Shown here in pieces: positions 40,526 through 50,156 of a DNA stretch of 64,000 nt. Each line of letters opens with the position of its first letter. The stretch's first letter is position 1. The stretch spans positions 1,562 to 65,561 of the forward strand of contig JASJDZ010000003.1 of assembly GCA_030065575.1 (NCBI GenBank), given 5' to 3'. This stretch comes from Acidimicrobiia bacterium. GTDB lineage: Bacteria > Actinomycetota > Acidimicrobiia > Spongiisociales > UBA5794. Below the pieces are notes generated by a model. It did no database searches, was not told where the DNA came from, and saw only the letters and a program-made list of their open reading frames with translations. The translations under genes and the position numbers were made by a program.

Positions 40526-41808
40526 ACCCTCCCCGCCTCTTGTGCCTCGCGGTACTTGGCGTCGATCCAGGACGTCACGACACCGGCAATGGCTGGTTCG
40601 GGGAACCTGGCGAGAGCCTCGTTGAAGAAACCATGCACCAGCAGACGATTGGCGCGGAGCTCGTCGAGGCCGCGGCTCATCAAGTAGTAGCGCTGATCGT
40701 CATCCAGTGGGCCGACCGTCGAACCGTGGCCACAGCGCACGTCGTCGGCAAGGATCTCGAGATTGGGCACCGACTGGGCTGAGGCGCCGTCGGAGAGGAT
40801 GAGATTGCGGTTGGTCTGATACGCATCTGTCTTCTGCGCACCCTCATCAATACGGATCATGCCGGTGAATACGGACAGGGCCTCATCCTGCACCGCACCT
40901 TTCAAGAACATGTCGCTGTTGGTGTTGACGCCCTGATGGTGCATCGTGTAGCGGTAGTCGAGTGTCTGATTCTCATCGCCGAAGTACGCGCTAACGACGT
41001 TGGCGGACGATCCGTTTCCCTCTAGATCGACGGTCAGGTTGAGGCGAGAAAGCAGTCCGCCGAGACCGGCTTCACCCAGGTGGAGGTTGGCATCGCGCCC
41101 CACGATCCCCCGGACATGGGAGATTGACCGGGTCCCCCGCCCCCAATGCTGCACGACGGTCACCTTGAGCTGTGCGTTGGCGCCGACATTGAGCTCGAGC
41201 TGCGGAACGACCAGGCTGTCGAGGCCATCGTCAGAGCGGTAGCGCAGCACCACCGAGGCCTGCGCCGACTCGCCAACGCTCAGCGAAACGTGAGGAAACG
41301 AAACCGATCCGTTCTCAGTCGCTTGCACATCAACAAAGAACGGCTTCTCTACAACCACGCCGCGCGGCACGACAAGCGCAGCTCCTTCCCCACCGAATGC
41401 GGCATGGGCGGCTGCGAACTTGTCGAGATCGGATGGAACGGCAACGCCAAGAAACGGCTCGAGCAGGTCAGGGTCGGCGGCCAGGATGGACCGAATCGAG
41501 CCGAAAGAAACCCGGCCCTCGGTGTTCTCGCTCGAAACGACATGCCCATCAACGATGAGCAGCGAACCTGAGGTATCGGGAAGTGCCGCGGCAATGCCGA
41601 CACCCAACTCATGCGCTTCGCCGGGGTTCTCGACAATGGAGTAGCTGGCAATGTCGAAGTCGAGGTCGACGTAACGCCACACTTCTTCGACGGGTGAGGG
41701 CATGGGGAGCTTTTCGAAGTAGTCCAGTGCCTGCTTGCGACGTTCGCTCAGCCAACCGGGGTCAGCGGTGCCGAGCGCGGCTGAGGCCTGCGAATCAAGG
41801 GTCTTCAC
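40522..41808 (-). CDS. sufD: Fe-S cluster assembly protein SufD
   Basis: EVWRY, PNLEILADDVRCGHGSTVG, YYLMSRG. Confidence 0.94.
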   Translation of the reverse strand: MKTLDSQASAALGTADPGWLSERRKQALDYFEKLPMPSPVEEVWRYVDLDFDIASYSIVENPGEAHELGVGIAAALPDTSGSLLIVDGHVVSSENTEGRVSFGSIRSILAADPDLLEPFLGVAVPSDLDKFAAAHAAFGGEGAALVVPRGVVVEKPFFVDVQATENGSVSFPHVSLSVGESAQASVVLRYRSDDGLDSLVVPQLELNVGANAQLKVTVVQHWGRGTRSISHVRGIVGRDANLHLGEAGLGGLLSRLNLTVDLEGNGSSANVVSAYFGDENQTLDYRYTMHHQGVNTNSDMFLKGAVQDEALSVFTGMIRIDEGAQKTDAYQTNRNLILSDGASAQSVPNLEILADDVRCGHGSTVGPLDDDQRYYLMSRGLDELRANRLLVHGFFNEALARFPEPAIAGVVTSWIDAKYREAQEAGRV

Positions 41809-41940
41809 GGTTTCTCCTGTTGCGAGGAGCCAGAGATTAACCGGACTGCATCGACCCAAATACGGTCAGTCTTCCGGTTTTCGATGTTGCATAGCCCCCG
41901 GCGCCAAATAGGGTGACCGTCCCTCCGTGGGGATTCTCAG

Positions 41941-42516
41941 ATGCCACTCCTGAAACTATCAGCGCTATTGCTTCTCGCCGTCACGTTGCTGGTTCCCTCG
42001 ATACCAGCTGCGGCCGAGGAGGATTTTGTGTTCGTGTACTTCCCACACGAGGACATCGAGTCGCGCTTCTCCGACGACTGGGGCGACCCCCGCTCCGGGG
42101 GGCGACGCCACCAGGGCAACGACATCTTCGGCGCCAAGCACTCCCAAGTAATCGCTGTTGCCGACGGATTCGTCACAGCAATCGGGACCAGCAGGCGTTC
42201 CGGAAACTACGTGCGGCTGGTTCACCGCGACGGTTGGGAGACCTGGTACATGCACCTCAACAACGACTCCCCGGGGAGCGACGACGGGTCGGGCGGACCG
42301 GAATGGGCTTTCGCCCCGGGTCCCGAAGAAGGGATGTTCGTTGCGGCCGGTACGGTCATCGGCTACGTGGGCGACTCCGGGAACGCAGAGCGCGGCACCG
42401 CACACACCCACTTCGAGCTACACGACGGCCGGCGAGTGGTGAACCCGTATTCCTACCTGTCCGACGCCCACGAGCGTTGGCTCCGGGTACTCGAGTTGTC
42501 CGACCAGATCAGGTAG
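41941..42516 (+). CDS. Secreted M23 family peptidase
   Basis: Signal peptide; HQGND, YMHL, GYVGDSGNA, HTHFE. Confidence 0.92.
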   Translation: MPLLKLSALLLLAVTLLVPSIPAAAEEDFVFVYFPHEDIESRFSDDWGDPRSGGRRHQGNDIFGAKHSQVIAVADGFVTAIGTSRRSGNYVRLVHRDGWETWYMHLNNDSPGSDDGSGGPEWAFAPGPEEGMFVAAGTVIGYVGDSGNAERGTAHTHFELHDGRRVVNPYSYLSDAHERWLRVLELSDQIR

Positions 42517-43201
42517 CGCTTCCCGCCAACTGGTGGGCTCGCGAGAACACCGCAGCAAACATCTCCCGGGTCAGCTTCCCGGTGAACGTGTTCTGCTGAC
42601 TCGGGTGGAAGGACATCAGAACGGTTCGACCATCGGAAAGCGAGACCTCCTCACCGTGCCCGAAACGGGGACGAGGACGGGGTAGCTCCATCCCCAACCC
42701 CAGATAGCGCCACAGCGACTGATACCCGTACTGGCCCAGGGTCACGTAAACGACTGCGGAATCGAGGAGATCAAGTTCGCTGGTGAACCAATCTGCGCAG
42801 TTGTCTCGCTCCGCCGGTGCGGGCTTGTTGGCCGGTGGGGCACAACGAACCGGTGCCGTCACCCAGGCTCCGTTGAGTTCGAGGCCGTCGGCGCGGTCAA
42901 CCGACTCGGGTTGGTTGGCGAAGCCTGCTTCGAACAGGGCTCGGTAGAGCCAGTCGCCGCTGCGATCGCCGGTGAACATGCGGCCGGTTCTATTTGCCCC
43001 GTGTGCAGCCGGCGCCAGCCCAACAATGACCAATGCTGCTTTTGGGTCACCAAAGCCGGGGACTGGTCGACCCCAGTAGTCATCGTCGCTGAAGGCCGCC
43101 CGCTTCTCCTCGGCTACCTGTTCTCGCCAAGCTACGAGGCGAGGGCAGCGGCGGCAGCCGGCGATCTCCTCACTAAGTGTCTGCAGACGCTGCGATCGCA
43201 T
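42509..43201 (-). CDS. Uracil-DNA glycosylase family 5 (UdgB-like)
   Basis: CRRCPRL, GLAPAAHGANRTGRMFTGD, RCAPP.NKP, HPSQQNT. Confidence 0.93.
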   Translation of the reverse strand: MRSQRLQTLSEEIAGCRRCPRLVAWREQVAEEKRAAFSDDDYWGRPVPGFGDPKAALVIVGLAPAAHGANRTGRMFTGDRSGDWLYRALFEAGFANQPESVDRADGLELNGAWVTAPVRCAPPANKPAPAERDNCADWFTSELDLLDSAVVYVTLGQYGYQSLWRYLGLGMELPRPRPRFGHGEEVSLSDGRTVLMSFHPSQQNTFTGKLTREMFAAVFSRAHQLAGSAT

Positions 43202-44733
43202 CACTCGGCGGGCCGCAGGTGGCCGGCGTCGAAGATGGTGCCGGCACTCCACAGCATCCATCCCATGTCGCGCTCCTCGGCGACGTCCTGGATGCCAAGA
43301 ATCTCCTCGTCCTCGAGGAATGCCCGCTGCAACCACGGGCGATAGAGGGCGAATCCCTCCAACCTCGGGATCCCGGCATCCAACGCGGCGGCGACCAATT
43401 CGCTGGCATGGTCGTTGGGATCGGCCCAACCCTTCCAGCCGGGACCGTAGGTGTAGGTGTAGATCATCGGGCTGAGCACATCGATGTAGTTGGAGAACAC
43501 CCGCGGCGACTGACCGATCCCCTCGTCGGAAGTGCTCTCGAGGGTTATGGCGAAGATGTCGGCCGCAACCGCGCAGCCCATTGGGTTGAGACGGTTGTAC
43601 GCCTCCTCGAGGAAGGCAGCAATGGTGCTCACCCGGATCTGCTCCGACTCATCGCTGTAGTAGTTCTCTGCGGTCAATCCATCAAAACTGAGCTGGCTGA
43701 TCGGGCCGTCGGACGGGAACCGAACGTAGTCAAACTGGATCTCATCGAAACCAAGCCGGCACGCCTCTTCGGCAAGAGCTAGGGGATAGTCCCACGAGTT
43801 GCGATCGGTTGGGTCCAGCCAGGCGAGATCCTTGTTGTTCGTCCACGGCAACCCGGTCTGGGTGTTGATCGCAGCTATGTCGGGCCGAGCGCGGGCCAGC
43901 TGGTTGCTCTGGAAGGTGACGATTCGAGTGATCTTGTATAGCCCGTGCTCTTCCATGTCCTTGATGACTTCAGCTGCGTCGTAGCGAGAACGTACTGCGT
44001 CGATCTCGTAGGCCAGCTGGACCTCGGTGTCGTGGTATACGTAGCCACCTTCATCCTGGGTATCAACGACGAAGGCGTTGATGGCCGTGCTGTCGGCGAG
44101 GTCCAGAAGCTCCTGCCACTTCTCCACGTTGCCGGCTCCGGATCCGTCGCCGGCGACGCGGAGCGCTCGAATCATCAGCGGCTCGAGCTCGACGGTGATC
44201 TCCGGGTCGGAGCCATCCCAAGCGACGACTGATCCCTCCCAGGCGGGACGGTTCACGACGAGATCGCCAGGCACAGCGCGGAACAGGGTGAACTCGCCAT
44301 CGCTGTCAGAGCTGGTCTCCAGAGCGTCGCCAAGCTTGATCGATGCCCCGGGGAGCGGCCGACCGTCTGCTGCGGTAACGGTTCCGTTGAGCACAACCGG
44401 CTCGAGCCGAATCTCGACGGAACCCTCGAGCGGCTTCTCGGCGACCGTCACCGTCGATTCGTAGAAGCCCTCAGCATTGACAGTGACATCGATCGGTTCC
44501 TCTTCCCAGAGAAGCTCAACTGCTCCGTTGGGGTCGGTCGCGACGGTCTCCCCTCGCGCGACCACAGAAGCGTCCAACGGAGTCAGGTCGTCGGCACCGA
44601 GAACCGTCAAGCCGACCATCTGCGGCGGCGGCTCAGGAAAACGCATCGATTCGCCTGCGATCAGCACCGAAGGCCCCGCACATGCGGACAGGGCCAGGGC
44701 GAACGCGGAAACTAGAACTGCAGGTCTTCTCAT
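43201..44733 (-). CDS. Lipoprotein with carboxypeptidase-regulatory-like domain and putative glycoside hydrolase (DUF4015-like)
   Basis: Lipobox LSAC; NAFVVD, RIVTF, GFDEIQFDYVRFP, SPMIY, RPWLQ. Confidence 0.85.
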   Translation of the reverse strand: MRRPAVLVSAFALALSACAGPSVLIAGESMRFPEPPPQMVGLTVLGADDLTPLDASVVARGETVATDPNGAVELLWEEEPIDVTVNAEGFYESTVTVAEKPLEGSVEIRLEPVVLNGTVTAADGRPLPGASIKLGDALETSSDSDGEFTLFRAVPGDLVVNRPAWEGSVVAWDGSDPEITVELEPLMIRALRVAGDGSGAGNVEKWQELLDLADSTAINAFVVDTQDEGGYVYHDTEVQLAYEIDAVRSRYDAAEVIKDMEEHGLYKITRIVTFQSNQLARARPDIAAINTQTGLPWTNNKDLAWLDPTDRNSWDYPLALAEEACRLGFDEIQFDYVRFPSDGPISQLSFDGLTAENYYSDESEQIRVSTIAAFLEEAYNRLNPMGCAVAADIFAITLESTSDEGIGQSPRVFSNYIDVLSPMIYTYTYGPGWKGWADPNDHASELVAAALDAGIPRLEGFALYRPWLQRAFLEDEEILGIQDVAEERDMGWMLWSAGTIFDAGHLRPAE

Positions 44734-44911
44734 AGACGGTTGCGGGGTTGTTTGAGTACTTCCTGGGTGTGCCCGTAGAGGCTAGTACCTGCAGAAATAC
44801 ATCCGGAAGGAGCTGGCACAATTATCCAAAAGTCGACGTCTCTGCGATTCGTTGAACCCTTTGCCGCAGCGTGATACCTTGATCACGAACGGATAGTCAT
44901 GAGGGGGGCCC

Positions 44912-45838
44912 ATGACGCAGAAGGCGCGCAAGACGGTTCAGGCAGACGGTGTCGGCCTGTATCTCGACGAGGTTTCCGAGCACCAGCTCCTCACCGCAGA
45001 AGACGAGGTTCGACTTGCTCGTGCGATGGAAGCTGGCCGTCATGCCGCCGTCCGGCTCGAGACGGAGCGTCTGCCATCACGGGAGCTATTCGAGCTGCGG
45101 CGACTCGTCAATGAAGGTGAGGAAGCCCGCGCCCAATTCATTCGCTCCAATCTTCGGCTGGTTATCTCAATCGCCAAGAAGTACACGGGGCGCGGTCTCG
45201 AGCTGCTCGATCTCGTCCAGGAGGGGAACCTGGGCTTGATCCGGGCCGTCGAGAAGTTCGACTGGCGCAAGGGCTTCAAGTTCTCGACCTATGCGACGTG
45301 GTGGATTCGTCAGGCCATCACCCGGGGCCTCGGGAACACGGCTCGCACCATTCGTCTCCCGGTACACCTCGTCGACGTCGTGCGGGTTGTTCAGGAGACG
45401 AGGAACGCTCTGCACGAGAAGCAGGGACGTCGGCCGACTGCCAGGGAGATTGCCGAGGTGAGCGGCCTCGATCTCGACCAGGTGATTGTCGCTTTGGAAT
45501 GCCCCGACGATTGCGTATCGCTGGACCATCCGGTTGGAGATGCGGGTGACGCAAGTCTGGGCGATTTCGTCGAAGACTCCCAGGCCGACGATCCGTTCGT
45601 GGTGGCTGCCGACATGGCGCGACGGGACGAACTCGACCGAGCCCTGGGGATGCTGGAACCCAAGGAGCGCGACGTCATCGTGCTCCGCTACGGGCTCAGC
45701 GGTGGCGGGCCGCGCACTCTGTCGGACGTCGGGCGGCAGCTGGATGTGACCAGAGAGCGGATCCGTCAGATAGAGCGCAAGGCGCTCACCAAGCTTCGCC
45801 ATCCATCATTCGCCTACGACCTGGAAAGCCTGCTCTAG
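44912..45838 (+). CDS. RNA polymerase sigma-70 factor, RpoD/SigB-like (no region 1.1)
   Basis: LLTAEDE, NLRLVISIAKKY, DLVQEGNLGLIRAVEKFD, KFSTYATWWIRQ, VTRERIRQIE. Confidence 0.96.
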   Translation: MTQKARKTVQADGVGLYLDEVSEHQLLTAEDEVRLARAMEAGRHAAVRLETERLPSRELFELRRLVNEGEEARAQFIRSNLRLVISIAKKYTGRGLELLDLVQEGNLGLIRAVEKFDWRKGFKFSTYATWWIRQAITRGLGNTARTIRLPVHLVDVVRVVQETRNALHEKQGRRPTAREIAEVSGLDLDQVIVALECPDDCVSLDHPVGDAGDASLGDFVEDSQADDPFVVAADMARRDELDRALGMLEPKERDVIVLRYGLSGGGPRTLSDVGRQLDVTRERIRQIERKALTKLRHPSFAYDLESLL

Positions 45839-46644
45839 GCCGCTCCCGCCCAGGGGCATTCGAGCTCATACAGGTAGCGATCCGAAACATGGTTGAGGAC
45901 CCGCCTCGCGGAACGGAATCGACTGGCAACATCGCCGACGACCATCGGGCCTGCTCCTGCATCCAGCGCCGATTCATACCAGCGGGTTCCGAGCGACTCC
46001 AGCGCGTCGAGGCCCGGAGAAATGCTCCCGTGATCAATCAGGCCCAGCACCTCTTCGGGGGTTAGATCAACTGTTGTGCCCAGTTTCTCAGCCTCCAGCG
46101 GAGTGAGCGTCTGTGAGCCCGTCGCATCGGGAAGGATGCCGCTCATGAACAAGCTGAGATCGCCGAGCCGGCACAGCACCGTGGCCCGCTGGCTCGGGAG
46201 GGCATCGTCAACCCACAGCGCCAGTTGGTGGATGTCCATCGGATCAGCGGGAACCAGCGGTTGCGTGGGTAGAGCAAAGGAATCGAGCAGCCGAACCAGG
46301 AAGAAGATCCGGCCCGGGTCTTCAACAAACTCCTGCAGCGGCTCGACATCGAACACCGGGAGACGACTCTGCGGACCGGTCCAGTCGTTGACATATGTCG
46401 CACTGCGGAGCTCGGCCGCAGCAGCGTGCACCATCACGGCAAAGAGAAGGAAGGGCGAGACGAGATTCGCCGGGTGGGCATGGCGTCCCATCACCCCATC
46501 GATAACGTCGGCGTCGGATAACAGGTCGTGAATAGCCCACGGGCGTAGCTGAAGCTCCTCCGCCAACTCGTCGGCATCACCAGCCGTGATTGCCGCCAGA
46601 GTTCGGAGATCTCTCTCACTGAGACCATCCAGGTAGGACGCCAT
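45835..46644 (-). CDS. Conserved hypothetical protein
   Basis: RBS AGGAGA; VSPFLLFAV, LGDLSLFMSG..PD, RF..ARRVLN..SDRYL. Confidence 0.8.
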   Translation of the reverse strand: MASYLDGLSERDLRTLAAITAGDADELAEELQLRPWAIHDLLSDADVIDGVMGRHAHPANLVSPFLLFAVMVHAAAAELRSATYVNDWTGPQSRLPVFDVEPLQEFVEDPGRIFFLVRLLDSFALPTQPLVPADPMDIHQLALWVDDALPSQRATVLCRLGDLSLFMSGILPDATGSQTLTPLEAEKLGTTVDLTPEEVLGLIDHGSISPGLDALESLGTRWYESALDAGAGPMVVGDVASRFRSARRVLNHVSDRYLYELECPWAGAA

Positions 46645-46806
46645 GTCTCTCTCCTGATCCGGCGTACCCAACCTGTCGGCGACGCGGGGCCAGAATTGAG
46701 GATTCGAAGGGTTACTTAGACTGCTGCGGGTTGCGCGTCTGAGCCCGAATACCCAGCCAAGTCACTGAGCTGACACCGCCTGCCGTCGCTGTATCTGAGG
46801 ACGAAC

Positions 46807-47631
46807 ATGTACACACTCAACGACATCATCAGTCGGACCCCCTCGCCTACTCCCTGGAGCGAAGGCGACAACATCCCCTGGGACGATCCCGGGTTCAGCC
46901 GACGCATGCTCGCAGAGCACCTCACCCAGGATCACGACCTGGCCAGCCGGCGTGCGGAGCTCATCGATTCTCACGTCGCAACCATCGTCGCGGCCATCCC
47001 GCCGGCGCCGGGCCGAGTTCTGGATCTGGCGTGCGGACCGGGCCTGTATCTGAACCGCCTGACCAGACTTGGGTATGCGGGACTCGGGATCGACTTCTCC
47101 CCCGCCTCTATCGAGTACGCCCTGGCGCACTCGGGTGAAGCGGAGTATCGACTTGCCGATCTGCGTACAACCGGGTTCGGCTCCGGATTCGATGCTGCGC
47201 TGCTGCTCTACGGACAACTGAACGTGTTTCGCCGCAGCGAGGCCCGCGAGATCCTCGGCAAGGCGCATGATGCGCTGCAACCGGGCGGGACTCTCGTATT
47301 GGAACCGCAGACGGCGGATCACATCCGAGCAGCGGGCCAAGCCGATCCGGGCTGGAGCGCCCACGAGGAGGGCCTGTTCTCGGATCGGCCCCACCTGCTG
47401 CTCACCGAGAGCTTCTGGGACGAACCGGCCCGGACCGCGACTCAGAGGTTCCACGTGGTCGATGCCGAGTCAGGCTCAGTCCAGCGCCACGCCATGTCCA
47501 ACGTTGCGTATACCGAGGCGGAACTGTCCGAGATGCTGGGCCAGCTGGGATTCGTCGAGATGCGGGTCGCGACATCGCTGACCGGTGAACCACGGGACGA
47601 CGGCCTCTTCGCCCTGTTTGCGACTGCCTGA
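46807..47631 (+). CDS. Class I SAM-dependent methyltransferase
   Basis: IPWDDPGFSRRML.EHL, VLDLACGPGLY, GIDFSP, LQPGG. Confidence 0.92.
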   Translation: MYTLNDIISRTPSPTPWSEGDNIPWDDPGFSRRMLAEHLTQDHDLASRRAELIDSHVATIVAAIPPAPGRVLDLACGPGLYLNRLTRLGYAGLGIDFSPASIEYALAHSGEAEYRLADLRTTGFGSGFDAALLLYGQLNVFRRSEAREILGKAHDALQPGGTLVLEPQTADHIRAAGQADPGWSAHEEGLFSDRPHLLLTESFWDEPARTATQRFHVVDAESGSVQRHAMSNVAYTEAELSEMLGQLGFVEMRVATSLTGEPRDDGLFALFATA

Positions 47632-47633
47632 GC

Positions 47634-47843
47634 CGAACTCCCTAGAAGAGCCGCAGCATGGGCGAGATCCACGCCTCAGCTCCGCTGCGCGGACCTGAGG
47701 TTTCGAGTTTGGCGAACTCGTTGAGTTCGTCCCCAAACTCGGCCGATCAGAACAGCTTGAGGAAAGGAGAGTCGATTCCGCGTAGCTCGACGTAGCCTCG
47801 GCTCCGCCGAGGTTCGAGTTCGCCCCCTACGGGCTCGAACTCC
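47634..47843 (-). repeat. Two extra nucS 3'-end copies alternating with hairpin modules
   Basis: 47634-47677 matches 47836-47878 (2 mismatches + 1 indel); 47747-47794 encodes YVELRGIDSPFLKLF*; related CCTC..GAGG and GAGTT..AACTC hairpins lie between the copies. Confidence 0.85.
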
Positions 47844-48503
47844 CTAGAAAAGCCGCAGCATGGGCGAATCAACGCCTCGGAGTTCGTCGTAGTCGATTTC
47901 GATGCAACCGATGTCTCGATCCTCGGCGAGCGTTCGCGCTTGCGGCTTGATTACCTGGGCCACAAACAGTCCCCGGACCGGCGCCAGCCGCTCGTCCCGG
48001 TTGAGGAACTCGAGATAGCGGGTCAACTGCTCTACCCCATCGATCTCGCCACGTCTCTTGACCTCTACGGCAACCACGCGTTCGTCGGCGTCGCGGCAGA
48101 GCAGATCAACCGGGCCAATCGGCGTTGCGTACTCTCGCCGAATCAGTTCGAGGCCCCGCTCGATGAACTCTGGAGTCTCTGCCAGCAGTCGCTGCAGTTC
48201 TAGCTCGACACCGTCCTTCTGCAGGCCGGGGTCCTCCCCCATCTCATAGGAGGTCTCGAAGTGGATCTCGCCAAACGTGATCGTCAGCGTCTCCCCTTTC
48301 GGATTAGCGACGATCCAGCGGCCGTCCTCTTCGATGAGCTGGTTGGGCGCGTTCATCCAGTTGAGGGGCTTGTATGCACCTCCATCGGCGTGCACGGCCA
48401 CACAACCATCTGCCTTGACCATGACCAGCCTGGTGGCCATGGGGAGATGGGCACTGAGCCGCCCGTCGTAGTCAACCGTGCATTCCGCAACAACGATGCG
48501 CAT
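47844..48503 (-). CDS. nucS: Mismatch-specific endonuclease NucS/EndoMS
   Basis: [52 protein letters not shown]. Confidence 0.97.
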   Translation of the reverse strand: MRIVVAECTVDYDGRLSAHLPMATRLVMVKADGCVAVHADGGAYKPLNWMNAPNQLIEEDGRWIVANPKGETLTITFGEIHFETSYEMGEDPGLQKDGVELELQRLLAETPEFIERGLELIRREYATPIGPVDLLCRDADERVVAVEVKRRGEIDGVEQLTRYLEFLNRDERLAPVRGLFVAQVIKPQARTLAEDRDIGCIEIDYDELRGVDSPMLRLF

Positions 48504-48570
48504 AGGAACCTACGGTAACGCGGCTGGATTGGGAGATGCTCCGTCCGGTAGCGCTGGTGATGGCCAGGGC

Positions 48571-48666
48571 GAGTCAGGGACGCCGATTCCAAGGACGCAG
48601 GACGAAGGCGCATTGGACGAAATGCGTCAAGGACGAGGACGCAGAAAGCGGCGTTACTGGCCGCCT
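48571..48666 (+). repeat. Cluster of six GGACG motifs with hairpins
   Basis: GGACG at 48578, 48593, 48600, 48615, 48631, 48637. Confidence 0.55.
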
Positions 48667-48697
48667 CTGGGCACAGCAAGCGTTGCCGGTCGGAGCA

Positions 48698-50101
48698 TTA
48701 CCCCACCGATCCTTCCATCTGCAACTCGATGAGACGGTTCAGCTCAACGGCGTATTCCATCGGAAGCTCGCGAACGATCGGCTCGATGAACCCGGCAACG
48801 ATCATCGCCGTTGCCTCCTCTTCGGAGAGCCCGCGACTCATCAGATAGAACAACTGCTCCTCACCGACCTTGGATACCGTGGCCTCGTGTCCGAGATCCA
48901 CATCCGACTCCTCGATCTCCATGTACGGATATGTGTCGGAGCGGGAGTCCTCGTCGAGGATGAGCGCATCGCAACGCACGAACGACTTCGCGTTGTCGGC
49001 CTCGTTCTCGACTCGCACCAGACCCCGGTAGGCGGATCGACCCCCGCCCTTGGAGATTGACTTGGAGGTGATCAGCGAGGACGTATTCGGCGCAGCGTGC
49101 ACCATCTTGGCGCCGGCATCGAGATGTTGTCCTGAGTTGGCAAATGCAATGGACAGCACCTCGCCATGAGCACCTTCTTCCATCAGCCAAACGGCCGGGT
49201 ATTTCATGGTGAGGTTGCTTCCCAGGTTGCCGTCGACCCATTCCATCGTGGCGTTCTTGTAGGCGGCGGCACGCTTGGTGACGAGATTGAACACGTTGTT
49301 CGACCAGTTCTGGATCGTCGTGTAGCGACAGCGGCCGCCTTCCTTGACGATGACCTCGACGACTGCGGAATGCAGAGAGTCGCTGCTGTAGGTGGGCGCA
49401 GAACATCCTTCGACGTAGTGACAGAAGGCCCCTTCGTCGACGATGATCAGCGTTCGCTCGAACTGCCCCATGTTCTCAGCGTTGATTCGGAAGTAAGCCT
49501 GCAGAGGCTCCTCGACGTGTACGCCCGGCGGCACGTATACGAAGCTACCCCCGGACCACACAGCGGAGTTGAGCGCGGCAAACTTGTTGTCGTTCGGCGG
49601 GATGATCGTCCCGAAGTATTCCTTGACCAGGTCGGGGTACTCCCGAACGGCGGTGTCCATGTCGCAGAAGATGACGCCGAGCTGCTCGAGGTCCTCACGG
49701 TTGCGGTGATAGACGACCTCCGACTCGTACTGAGCAGTAACGCCGGCAAGGTACTTGCGCTCAGCTTCCGGGATTCCGAGCTTCTCGTATGTCTCCTTGA
49801 TGGCATCCGGGACCATTTCCCAGTCCTTGGCCTGACCTTCGGTCGGCTTGATGTAGTAGTAGATGTCGTCGAAGTCGATCGTGTCGAGCATCTCTACACC
49901 GCCCCAGTTGGGCATGGGCTTGCGCACAAAGCGCTTGTAGGACTTCAACCGGAAGTCGAGCATCCACTCCGGCTCGTGCTTCATGGCCGACATCTGCCGG
50001 ATGATGTCCTCGTTGAGTCCCTTCTCCGGCTTGAAGACATAGTCTTCTTCGTCGGCCCAGCCGAGCTGGTAGCCGCCGAGATCAATGTCAACAGTTGTCA
50101 T
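48698..50101 (-). CDS. sufB: Fe-S cluster assembly protein SufB
   Basis: [44 protein letters not shown]. Confidence 0.97.
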   Translation of the reverse strand: MTTVDIDLGGYQLGWADEEDYVFKPEKGLNEDIIRQMSAMKHEPEWMLDFRLKSYKRFVRKPMPNWGGVEMLDTIDFDDIYYYIKPTEGQAKDWEMVPDAIKETYEKLGIPEAERKYLAGVTAQYESEVVYHRNREDLEQLGVIFCDMDTAVREYPDLVKEYFGTIIPPNDNKFAALNSAVWSGGSFVYVPPGVHVEEPLQAYFRINAENMGQFERTLIIVDEGAFCHYVEGCSAPTYSSDSLHSAVVEVIVKEGGRCRYTTIQNWSNNVFNLVTKRAAAYKNATMEWVDGNLGSNLTMKYPAVWLMEEGAHGEVLSIAFANSGQHLDAGAKMVHAAPNTSSLITSKSISKGGGRSAYRGLVRVENEADNAKSFVRCDALILDEDSRSDTYPYMEIEESDVDLGHEATVSKVGEEQLFYLMSRGLSEEEATAMIVAGFIEPIVRELPMEYAVELNRLIELQMEGSVG

Positions 50102-50131
50102 GTCAGGACCCTTTCGAGTGTCTCAGAATCA

Positions 50132-50156
50132 ATTACCACTATAGCGATAGGACAAT
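50132..50156. promoter_or_regulatory. Candidate operator overlapping the sufB -10
   Basis: ATTACCACTA-N6-TAGGACAAT; contains TATAGT on the minus strand; similar to 31084-31108. Confidence 0.5.

Noticed and set aside
41830-41880. Third copy of the suf operator upstream of sufD
   Set aside because: Inverted repeats are present (AACCGGA..TCCGGTT, GACC..GGTC) but do not match the ACCACTA-N6-TAG pattern
46645-46806. SAM riboswitch upstream of the methyltransferase
   Set aside because: No SAM-I/IV core motifs recognisable
47634-47891. DGR template/variable repeat or mini-CRISPR interpretation of the nucS repeats
   Set aside because: Mismatches are not adenine-specific, no reverse transcriptase or cas gene is in the window, and the repeated parts are gene-end copies rather than constant repeats with unique spacers
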